NCBI GenBank assembly: GCA_024707015.1
Contig: JANGFR010000002.1
Span: 74,007-138,006 of the forward strand
DNA from: Candidatus Culexarchaeum yellowstonense
GTDB lineage: Archaea > Thermoproteota > Methanomethylicia > Culexarchaeales > Culexarchaeaceae
Direction: 5' to 3'
Length of the DNA stretch: 64,000 bases
The notes beneath the pieces were generated by a model that searched no databases, had not been told where the DNA came from, and saw nothing but the letters and a program-made list of their open reading frames with translations. Within the stretch, counting starts at the first letter, position 1. The number at the start of each line of letters is the position of its first letter. This document shows, one piece after another, positions 56,730 through 64,000 of this stretch. The translations under genes and the position numbers were made by a program.

Positions 56730-57227
56730 ATGAAGTGTGAATTTATGGAGGTAGCAATATTCGATTTAGATGGAGTAATAGCGAATGTAAGTGGGAGAAT
56801 TGAAAAAGCTCTAAGGGAGCTTGGCAAGGAAAACTTAAAGGAACTCTCAAGGAAAGATAGAAGGAGATTTTGGGAAATATTCCTAAACCCAGAACTACTG
56901 GAGCTGGATAAACCTAGAATGGATATTATAGATTACATGAGGAAGATTAAGGATAAGGGATTAAGGATAATCATAGTAACTGGAAGGACAATTAAACAGA
57001 AGAACGAAACTTTAAAGCAATTGAGCTCTTGGGGGGTTCCATACGATGAAATATACTTTAGGATGGCGGGGGACTTGAGGAAGGATTCCATCTACAAGAG
57101 GGAAGTGGTGAAGCTACTGCTAAGGAGGGGGTATAATATAGTGGAAGTGTGGGAGGATAGCGATGAAGTCATAAGAGAATTAAGAAAACTAATTCCAGAT
57201 GCGAAAATAGTAAAAGTTGAAAACTAA
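56730..57227 (+). CDS. HAD-superfamily phosphatase-like protein
   Basis: AIFDLDGVIA (HAD motif I, DxDG), IIVTGR (motif II-like) and a late acidic motif (VWEDSDE). The likely start is the internal Met (MEVAIFD). 165 aa. Confidence 0.5.
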   Translation: MKCEFMEVAIFDLDGVIANVSGRIEKALRELGKENLKELSRKDRRRFWEIFLNPELLELDKPRMDIIDYMRKIKDKGLRIIIVTGRTIKQKNETLKQLSSWGVPYDEIYFRMAGDLRKDSIYKREVVKLLLRRGYNIVEVWEDSDEVIRELRKLIPDAKIVKVEN

Positions 57228-57237
57228 ATTATGATAT

Positions 57238-58314
57238 GTGGATGATAATATGGATATAATAAGGTTAGGGGATGTGGAAAAATATGTTTATGGTGGAGCA
57301 GTCCTAGGTGGAGGCGGTGGAGGAAGCATAGAGGAGGGGGTTAAAATAGGTAGACTTGCAACACAAATATCGCCAATAAAACTTTTGAATGTAGATGAAA
57401 TGCGTGCCGAAGAAAATTTAGTAACAATATCAATGGTGGGAGTACAATCAAAGGGGGTTATACTACCATACCACCACATACGCATAATAGAGCTCATGAA
57501 AATGTTCAATGTGAATGTTGATGGATTAATTGGAAGCGAATGTGGAGCCACAGCAGTAACACATGGATGGATACAAGCAGCAGTATATGGGAAACCTGTA
57601 ATAGACTGCCCATGTGATGGGAGGGCACACCCCACTGGGGTTATGGGTGCCATGGGGCTACATAAAATAAGGAACTATAGAACGGTGCAAGCAGCATGTG
57701 GAGGCGAAGAGAATTTGGAGATAATTGTTAGTGGCAGTATAGAGGCAACTAGCAGAATCATTAGGCAATTCTCCATGGAAGCTGGTGGATGCGTAGCTGT
57801 AGCAAGAAACCCAGTAAAAGTGGATTATGCAAAGAGGAATGGAGCTCCAGGAGCATTAAAACAAGCTTACAAAATAGGTGAAGCAATATTATCAGTGGAT
57901 AAACCTGAAGATAGAATTGAATCTGCAACGAAGACATTAAATGGGAAGATTATCTGTAGAGGTGAAGTTAGGGGGAAGAGAATGGAAGTTGAAGGTGGAT
58001 TCGATGTTGGATACATAGAAGTTGTGGATGAGGGAAATGAGCTATACAAAGTGGCATTCGTAAATGAATACATGAGTGTACATAAATGGGATGAAACAGT
58101 AACAACATTCCCAAACCTAATAAACGTATTCAGCCTAAAAACAGGGCTACCACTAAACTCAGCTGAAGTAAAACTTGAAGAACCAGTAGCCATAACAGTT
58201 GCAGATAAGAATGCAATAAAGATTGGTGAAGGATTAAGGGATAGAAAACTATATGAACCAATAAAAAGGATTATGAAGAATAAACTAAACTTAGAATTGG
58301 AATTCAAAATATAA
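57238..58314 (+). CDS. Hypothetical protein, possibly DUF917-like
   Basis: 358 aa, soluble, Gly-rich N-terminus (GGAVLGGGGGGS). Family assignment is tentative. Confidence 0.4.
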   Translation: MDDNMDIIRLGDVEKYVYGGAVLGGGGGGSIEEGVKIGRLATQISPIKLLNVDEMRAEENLVTISMVGVQSKGVILPYHHIRIIELMKMFNVNVDGLIGSECGATAVTHGWIQAAVYGKPVIDCPCDGRAHPTGVMGAMGLHKIRNYRTVQAACGGEENLEIIVSGSIEATSRIIRQFSMEAGGCVAVARNPVKVDYAKRNGAPGALKQAYKIGEAILSVDKPEDRIESATKTLNGKIICRGEVRGKRMEVEGGFDVGYIEVVDEGNELYKVAFVNEYMSVHKWDETVTTFPNLINVFSLKTGLPLNSAEVKLEEPVAITVADKNAIKIGEGLRDRKLYEPIKRIMKNKLNLELEFKI

Positions 58315-58342
58315 TAAATTAAAAGAAGTTAAAAAAATGGGT

Positions 58343-59062
58343 TTATTTTTTGACCTTCTTGTAGTAGTCGTATCCTAGTAGTGTGGCTAATAGTAGTAGT
58401 GCAACCCATGGGAAGAACATCTTGTTTTCAGGCGCATATGGAGGTATACCTAGTAAGAACTGTGCTCTACCAATGAACATGGACATTCTTGTTAGTACTG
58501 TGTATCCGTATGCTGAGCCGAAGCCTATCATCATGGCATATCTAGCAAACTTGTTAATAGGCTTCCAGAAGGCAGCTTCCTGCTTTAATGTGAAAGTGAA
58601 GTATAATAAGACGCAGATCACAATGGCGGCTGTAACTAGATTGTTGAATGCAGTCCAAGGATCCACACCAATGAAGGTCAATCCAGCTGTAGCGCTAACC
58701 TGTCTAATAAGCTGAGCAAAGACTATGGTTCTCAAAGCCAATCCGATACCAGTACCAACGACGACGGCCAATGCAATTCTGTAGAGCCAGAAGAATCTCT
58801 TAGAGAATCTGAAATACCATAATACACTTACGAGTAATGCAAGTATGAAAGCAGCTGTACCGCTGGTGGTCGTTGACCATGTGCCCTCCCATTGACTCCT
58901 CAGCCAATCCAAGGAGTATGCAATATCATATCCAGTGGCTGTTCCTATGAAGACGTATTCAGCTAATCTAGACCATGGATTCTCCTTGTATAGGAATGTG
59001 TAAACTGCAAGTGTGAAGAATACTCCGCAGAATGCTGCAAATAGTGTGGTTATGTCTGTCAT
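58343..59062 (-). CDS. Integral membrane protein (unknown function), last gene of a four-gene membrane operon
   Basis: 239 aa with about 7 TM helices. Overlaps the upstream gene by 4 nt. Confidence 0.45.
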   Translation of the reverse strand: MTDITTLFAAFCGVFFTLAVYTFLYKENPWSRLAEYVFIGTATGYDIAYSLDWLRSQWEGTWSTTTSGTAAFILALLVSVLWYFRFSKRFFWLYRIALAVVVGTGIGLALRTIVFAQLIRQVSATAGLTFIGVDPWTAFNNLVTAAIVICVLLYFTFTLKQEAAFWKPINKFARYAMMIGFGSAYGYTVLTRMSMFIGRAQFLLGIPPYAPENKMFFPWVALLLLATLLGYDYYKKVKK

Positions 59063-59919
59063 TTAACTCCCCTCCTCTTCTTAGCAAAATATCCAATGTT
59101 GCCTATGATCACGAATATTAGGAAGACCATATGGGTTGTCGATAATGCATCAGCTGAAGCTACTGCTAGACCCTTCCTGCCTATTAGAAGCTCGTACTCT
59201 GCACCAGCCCTCAAACCTGGAAGCATACCCTTAACCTGACCTGACTGAACATATGGAGTGACACCTGGAGCGCTAACCCCTATACATGCAATTAACATTG
59301 GAACATTATATGTGCCCCACTGCCTAACCCACTCATCAACGCCAGGTGTACCAGTCTCTATACTTATAAGTAGTTGAACATCATTAGCAGACCTCAAATT
59401 CTGCATAATTGGATATTCACTAACGGGACGCTTATACAGATAATCTGTGGGGAAAACTTTCCAGAAGTCTTGCCCCAATGCACGCATAGCAACTTCACCT
59501 CCAGGAGCCCATCCTAGAAATATCCAATCCACACCATACTTCTTACCATAAGTAACCTCTGGGTTCAACTCGTCAATGATCATTTTAGCGACAAGGGGTC
59601 CCTGATTCCATATAGCTATAATAGCGAACTTTATAGGTCTACTGAACAAGTGATGCATAGTTGCCACAGCAATTGGGTAAAGCTCTCCAAGAGATCCCAA
59701 ACCGAAGTCAAAGGATAAGACAACCATGGAGCCTGGGGGCAAATTCTGTATGGTTCTATAGTATGCTTCGGTGTTAGGACTTATACTCACAGGCAACCCT
59801 ATTGGGGAAATCATTGGAGTTAAAACGACTATCCATATGAGTAGGTATATTATTCTGGAATCGATGTTTTCAAGCTTCTCCCAAATACTAATACTACCAG
59901 ACATTTTACGTCCCCCCAC
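59059..59919 (-). CDS. Membrane-anchored protein of unknown function
   Basis: 286 aa. N-terminal TM, large soluble domain and a C-terminal TM plus basic tail (KKRRGVK). Overlaps neighbours on both sides. Confidence 0.45.
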   Translation of the reverse strand: MGGRKMSGSISIWEKLENIDSRIIYLLIWIVVLTPMISPIGLPVSISPNTEAYYRTIQNLPPGSMVVLSFDFGLGSLGELYPIAVATMHHLFSRPIKFAIIAIWNQGPLVAKMIIDELNPEVTYGKKYGVDWIFLGWAPGGEVAMRALGQDFWKVFPTDYLYKRPVSEYPIMQNLRSANDVQLLISIETGTPGVDEWVRQWGTYNVPMLIACIGVSAPGVTPYVQSGQVKGMLPGLRAGAEYELLIGRKGLAVASADALSTTHMVFLIFVIIGNIGYFAKKRRGVK

Positions 59920-60568
59920 CCCTCAAATAGCCCCTCTCATAACCAGTTAACGTTCTAATACCCAGAACTATGGCTCCGAGGGCAGCCCCAATTATGATTG
60001 ATCTCTGAACAGCCATATTGGGAACGTTGAAAAGCCAATCACCAAGACTTGAGACTTGAGGTACTAGGAATGTTCCCAGAGGGGCATTCCTAAACACCAG
60101 TATTGACCCAGCAATCAATAGTAATGCAGCTTCAAGGGATCTAGCCTTAAAAGCTCTATAAGCAGCTGAAGCTATGAAGAATGCTAACATAGCATATAGG
60201 CTGCTATCCAATGGTGTTAAGACATTGTTTGTTAGGAAATTGAATATATCGTTATTCATTCCGAGACCCCACTCCCAAATTGGCAAACCAACTATCATCA
60301 TCACGAACATTAAGATTAATAGGATTAAACTATACTCCCAGTATTGGCGTCTTTTAACGACTCTTGGAGCATGAACTAAGATTATGGAGATTGCACCTAC
60401 AAACAGAGCCCCAGTAGCTACAACCATCTCCCAATTCACAGCATTATCCATGAAGCTCTCAACATCTGGACCCAAAGTGAAGAAGTATGGGATTATCTGT
60501 ATCAATGCACATATAACTGTTACTGCTATTGGAATTTCAACACGTTTATACCATGCCAACCCAAACAC
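59906..60568 (-). CDS. Integral membrane protein (unknown function)
   Basis: 220 aa with about 6 TM helices. Overlaps the downstream gene by 14 nt. Confidence 0.45.
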   Translation of the reverse strand: MFGLAWYKRVEIPIAVTVICALIQIIPYFFTLGPDVESFMDNAVNWEMVVATGALFVGAISIILVHAPRVVKRRQYWEYSLILLILMFVMMIVGLPIWEWGLGMNNDIFNFLTNNVLTPLDSSLYAMLAFFIASAAYRAFKARSLEAALLLIAGSILVFRNAPLGTFLVPQVSSLGDWLFNVPNMAVQRSIIIGAALGAIVLGIRTLTGYERGYLRGGGT

Positions 60569-60571
60569 CCC

Positions 60572-61366
60572 CTACATCTTCAATATATCAACAATAAAAT
60601 TTGAACCAGCAAGCCCAAGCAATATCCCCACAACTATAAGCAATAAAGATATTATTTTGCCTATGTCTTGTGCTACTATGCTTCCAATCATTGCTGGATC
60701 TTTGCTTAGGTATGCCCCTGCAGCATAGATTTCTTCACCTATCAGGGTATAATCCGTGGCGACCACGAAGAATGGAATCTGATGAGTATTAGCAGTACCA
60801 GCAACTTGCATAGCACCAACCTTATAACCAGTCTCCGCAAGCTGTAGAGACTCAGCCCAATATGCACCAATCATAACGTTTGCACCAGCCCTCTCCCTCT
60901 GCATCAAACTCATATAACCAAGCGAATAGCTAAACTGCCACGTGGACAAGTATGGTATATCATCCAACTTAAACTGCTCAAGCTTACCCTCCATCCTATA
61001 AGCATTCTCAACAATCTCCCTAGCAATGGGGTAGACTGTTAAGCTGACAACTGGGACTATAACTCTAGTACCATACTTAGCGCATAAACGTGCAACATAA
61101 CTTAATACTGAGAGCCCTGCAATGGTCTGCGGACCATAAGTTGAATCATGAATATCTGCAAGACCCTGAGAGCAGAATACTGGTCTACCCATTTCAGTAG
61201 CTCTACCCACAGCCTCATCAATAGCATCCAAACCTGAAACTCTACGGATGCTAGGTACTTTCCCCCTTTTACCCCTCTCAATAAAGTAGACGGTTGCAAT
61301 TGTGATTATCAATAGGATCACTAGACCACTAGCCCTACCAGATTGTACAAAAGACATAGAATTCAT
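60572..61366 (-). CDS. Membrane-anchored protein of unknown function (N- and C-terminal TM helices flanking a soluble domain)
   Basis: 264 aa. First gene of the overlapping four-gene cluster. A 169-nt AT-rich upstream region follows. Confidence 0.45.
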   Translation of the reverse strand: MNSMSFVQSGRASGLVILLIITIATVYFIERGKRGKVPSIRRVSGLDAIDEAVGRATEMGRPVFCSQGLADIHDSTYGPQTIAGLSVLSYVARLCAKYGTRVIVPVVSLTVYPIAREIVENAYRMEGKLEQFKLDDIPYLSTWQFSYSLGYMSLMQRERAGANVMIGAYWAESLQLAETGYKVGAMQVAGTANTHQIPFFVVATDYTLIGEEIYAAGAYLSKDPAMIGSIVAQDIGKIISLLLIVVGILLGLAGSNFIVDILKM

Positions 61367-61535
61367 CTCCAGAAACTTTCCAATAATAATCTTAAGAAGT
61401 GAAAATATATATATACCTTTCCTCCTTTCTAAAATAAAGTAACTAACATTTTTAGGAAAAGTGAAAAATATAGTTTGCCATGCAATTTCAAAATCTAAAA
61501 TACTTTAATTAGGTTATTTATATTGTTAAGATTGT

Positions 61536-62942
61536 TTACTTTACGTTGAAGTTGAATTTGTGGAGGTTTACAATAACTTCGAAGGTGTATGTGGAAAGCT
61601 TTTTGAGACTTTCCCTGTATTTGAAGTATTTTATGGCAATGTCTGGGAAGAGGGCGTATGTGATGTAGTCTTCATCCTTCTCCACAAGTTCCTTTGGAAG
61701 TTCGGAAACTATTTTATTGTAGGCTGACTCCAACATTTCTGCTGGTCTAACTGTTATTGGCTTTTCCTCCCCCAAAGCCAGTTTAATTAGCTCTGGATTT
61801 ATTTCTGCTGGAGGCTTCCCGTATAGTCCTTTAACATAGTCTCTCACCTCCCTTATTATGGTTGAGTATGGTTTCCCTGAAAGTACATTCACCACCGCCT
61901 GAGCCCCAACTATCTGCGATAATGGTGTTACAAGTGGTGGGTAGCCTAAATCTCTCCTAACCCTTGGAACCTCCATTAAAACTTCATCTAGTCTATCTTC
62001 AGCACCTTGCATTCTCAATTGCTCCAATAGGTTGCTGAGCATCCCACCTGGAATTTGATGTTCAAGTACACTTGCATCCACTGGAGGGTTTTTCAATGCA
62101 TAATCATATTCAGAGTACCTCTTCCTCCTCTCCCAGAAGTATTTTGAAGCTTTTAGAGCTAATTTCAAATTTATCTTCTTAATCTCGTATGGCGTCCCCT
62201 CCAATGATGAAACTATTGATTCCAGTGGTGGGTGTGATGTGTGCATGGACATTGATGATAGGGCGCAATCCACATAATCCGCACCTGCTTCAATAGCTTT
62301 AACTATAGTTATTGGAGCGAAGCCTGCTGTGGTATGTGAATGAACATCAACCCGCATGCCAACTTCACTCTTAATCCTCTTAACAAGCTCATATGCCACA
62401 TATGGCTTCAATATTCCAGACATATCTTTAATGCATATGGAATCCACTTCCATGGATGCTATCTCTCTAGCTAATGATAGGTAGTAGTTTAATGTATGTA
62501 TTGGGCTTACAGTATACACCATACACAGCTGGATTTCAGCTCCAACTCTCCTAGCAGCATCAACGGTAACTTTAACATTTCTCAAATCATTTAATGCATC
62601 GAAAATCCTGAATATATCAATACCATTCTCAAATGCCTTCTCCACGAATTTTACGCATATATCATCTGGATAATGTCTATATCCAACAAGATTCTGCCCC
62701 CTCAATAACATTTGAAGCTTAGTCTTCCTAACCCTCTCCCTAATGAGTTTAAGTCTAACCCATGGATCTTCATTCAAATACCTTAATGGGACATCGAAAG
62801 TTGCTCCACCCCAAACCTCCATGGAGTAGAAGCCTATATCATCCATCACATCCAATATTGGGAGCATATCCTCAGTTCTAAATCTAGTGGCTAATAGAGA
62901 TTGATGAGCATCCCTCAAAGTGACATCTACAATTTCAACCAT
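61536..62942 (-). CDS. Biotin-dependent carboxyltransferase 5S subunit (pyruvate carboxylase subunit B / oxaloacetate decarboxylase alpha-like), no biotinyl domain
   Basis: VEIVDVTLRDAHQSL N-terminal HMGL-like TIM-barrel motif, then metal ligands (HSHTTAG, HTS). 468 aa, ending before any biotinyl domain. Confidence 0.8.
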   Translation of the reverse strand: MVEIVDVTLRDAHQSLLATRFRTEDMLPILDVMDDIGFYSMEVWGGATFDVPLRYLNEDPWVRLKLIRERVRKTKLQMLLRGQNLVGYRHYPDDICVKFVEKAFENGIDIFRIFDALNDLRNVKVTVDAARRVGAEIQLCMVYTVSPIHTLNYYLSLAREIASMEVDSICIKDMSGILKPYVAYELVKRIKSEVGMRVDVHSHTTAGFAPITIVKAIEAGADYVDCALSSMSMHTSHPPLESIVSSLEGTPYEIKKINLKLALKASKYFWERRKRYSEYDYALKNPPVDASVLEHQIPGGMLSNLLEQLRMQGAEDRLDEVLMEVPRVRRDLGYPPLVTPLSQIVGAQAVVNVLSGKPYSTIIREVRDYVKGLYGKPPAEINPELIKLALGEEKPITVRPAEMLESAYNKIVSELPKELVEKDEDYITYALFPDIAIKYFKYRESLKKLSTYTFEVIVNLHKFNFNVK

Positions 62943-62946
62943 AACC

Positions 62947-63489
62947 TCACCCCCTCAACCTTATTGCCATTAAGGGTGCCCCAACCTTAACGTCACCCCC
63001 CTCAAATGTTAGAATTCTCTCCACAACACCATCCACAGGGGATTTCACCTCAACCTCCATCTTCATAGATTCAATCTTCAATAGAGTTTCACCCCTAACA
63101 ACCTTAGCACCCTCAGAAACAAGTAGTTTGATTATCCTACCTCCAACACTGGATTTAACTATGAATAAATCCTTAGGGGTTTCCTCAACCACCCTAGAAG
63201 CCTCATAACCAATAACATTCAACTCCACTTCAAATCCATGAAACTTTGCAACATAACCTTTATCTGAAAATTTAAACCTCATAACGTCACCATCCAAGGA
63301 AATATCCCTAAATACATACTCCTCAAAACCAGAACTCAACTTAACTTCATCAACACCCCTCAAACCAGCATTTGAAAGGTATCTATGTAAAGCTAAAACT
63401 GCAGCCACAAACCCCCTAGCATTAGAAGACATAATCATCCACATAACCTTTAAAGATGAATAAACTGATATAGTTTTTGAAGGGTGCAT
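62947..63489 (-). CDS. Biotin carboxyl carrier protein (biotinyl/lipoyl domain)
   Basis: C-terminal GETLLKIESMKMEVEVKSPVDGVV carries the biotinyl-Lys motif (E-x-M-K-M). The N-terminal ~100 aa are of unknown function and the start is uncertain. 4-nt gap to the carboxyltransferase gene. Confidence 0.75.
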   Translation of the reverse strand: MHPSKTISVYSSLKVMWMIMSSNARGFVAAVLALHRYLSNAGLRGVDEVKLSSGFEEYVFRDISLDGDVMRFKFSDKGYVAKFHGFEVELNVIGYEASRVVEETPKDLFIVKSSVGGRIIKLLVSEGAKVVRGETLLKIESMKMEVEVKSPVDGVVERILTFEGGDVKVGAPLMAIRLRG

Positions 63490-63496
63490 ATATGGG

Positions 63497-64000
63497 ATGA
63501 CGATGCGGGGGGAATTGGAAGTTCAAATAATGGGTGAAGAGGGGCTGATGATAGATTTTGGAAGCAAATTGAGCAAAGAAGTTAATATCATGGTTAAGAT
63601 TGTTAGCGAGAAGCTGGAGGAGTTAAGAGGCCTTGGCATCAAGGAAGTTATACCAGCATACACAACCATACTAGCAGTACTGGATCCACTGAAGGCTGAT
63701 AGGGATAAGCTAATAAATGAAGTAAGGAGGATAGTGAGAAGCATAAAACCTGAGGATTTGAAGGAAGAGGTTAATAGGGTTATTGAAGTTCCAACAGTAT
63801 ACGATCCACAATATGGATTAGATCTTGAAGACATATCCAAGTTGACGAAGCTAAGCATAGAGGAGATAATTAATCTGCATTCAAGTCAGGTTTATAGGGT
63901 TTACATGGTTGGATTCATACCTGGATTCCCATATATGGGGGAAGTTCCTGAGAAGATAGCAGTCCCAAGACTTGAAAATCCAAGGATAAGGGTTCCAGCA
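63497..64000 (+). CDS. pxpB: 5-oxoprolinase subunit B / KipI-allophanate-hydrolase-subunit-1 family (PxpB), 3'-truncated by the window end. Not in the supplied ORF track.
   Basis: My manual translation from the ATG at 63497 gives MTMRGELEVQIMGEEGLMIDFG...QVYRVYMVGFIPGFPYMGEVPEKIAVPRLENPRIRVPA, which matches the KipI/PxpB cyclophilin-like core (xVYxVxxxGFxPGFxYLxxLPxxLxxPRLxxPRxxVPAG). It is in frame to position 64000 with no stop. Confidence 0.7.
   Translation, partial: MTMRGELEVQIMGEEGLMIDFGSKLSKEVNIMVKIVSEKLEELRGLGIKEVIPAYTTILAVLDPLKADRDKLINEVRRIVRSIKPEDLKEEVNRVIEVPTVYDPQYGLDLEDISKLTKLSIEEIINLHSSQVYRVYMVGFIPGFPYMGEVPEKIAVPRLENPRIRVPA

Noticed and set aside
63523-63858. -strand 111-aa ORF in the supplied track
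   Set aside because: It is antisense to the plus-strand frame starting at 63497. That frame translates into a clear PxpB/KipI-like sequence. The minus ORF is Ser/Leu-rich shadow.
1-64000. CRISPR arrays, tRNA/rRNA genes, transposases/integrases, prophage signatures
   Set aside because: I saw no direct-repeat/spacer periodicity anywhere. All intergenic regions are short (mostly under 120 nt) and AT-rich, with no GC-rich cloverleaf-like segment. No ORF shows DDE/HUH transposase, tyrosine-recombinase or capsid/terminase motifs. These could still be missed by eye, and a tRNAscan/CRISPR finder run would settle it.

Overview
This is a gene-dense window of about 40% GC from an archaeal chromosome, probably a thermophilic TACK/crenarchaeal lineage. 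The lineage call rests on a crenarchaeal-type OB-fold SSB with an R/E-rich tail, an Hjc-like resolvase, an archaemetzincin, a His-type Thi4, deoxyhypusine synthase, a type-2 MetAP, an Lrp regulator, and short leaderless-style intergenic regions with TATA-like boxes. I found no rRNA, tRNA, CRISPR array, transposase or integrase.

The first ~41 kb is housekeeping and a peptide/amino-acid-utilising complement:
- a Liv-type ABC transporter operon;
- many peptidases (S1C/HtrA, M20, M24, M20D, S9, archaemetzincin);
- nadA-nadC, an aminotransferase, Thi4, inorganic pyrophosphatase;
- an Lrp-rubrerythrin-SOD oxidative-stress unit;
- two radical SAM enzymes, a free-standing lipoate-protein-ligase C-terminal domain protein and OsmC.

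The main finding is a ~14 kb, 16-gene, single-strand cluster at 42692-56612 (minus strand), with overlapping or abutting reading frames. It joins four modules in one apparent transcription unit:
- an MvhD-fused HdrA plus HdrC and HdrB;
- a fumarate-reductase/L-aspartate-oxidase-like flavoprotein that lacks the covalent-FAD histidine and carries an unusual ~90 aa N-terminal extension, with an SdhB-like Fe-S subunit;
- a GcvH-like lipoyl-carrier protein, a 4-cluster polyferredoxin, a second CCG-domain (HdrB/HdrD-like) protein and an unknown 92-aa protein;
- a complete group-4 (Ech/Mbh-type) membrane-bound [NiFe] hydrogenase with intact Ni-binding Cys motifs.

I do not know of a described combination of Hdr, a thiol:fumarate-reductase-like module, a lipoyl carrier and an energy-converting hydrogenase. 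It is the candidate novel system. Secondary items are a four-gene overlapping membrane-protein operon (58343-61366), a carboxyltransferase + BCCP pair next to a divergent PxpB, and a 640-bp non-coding region.
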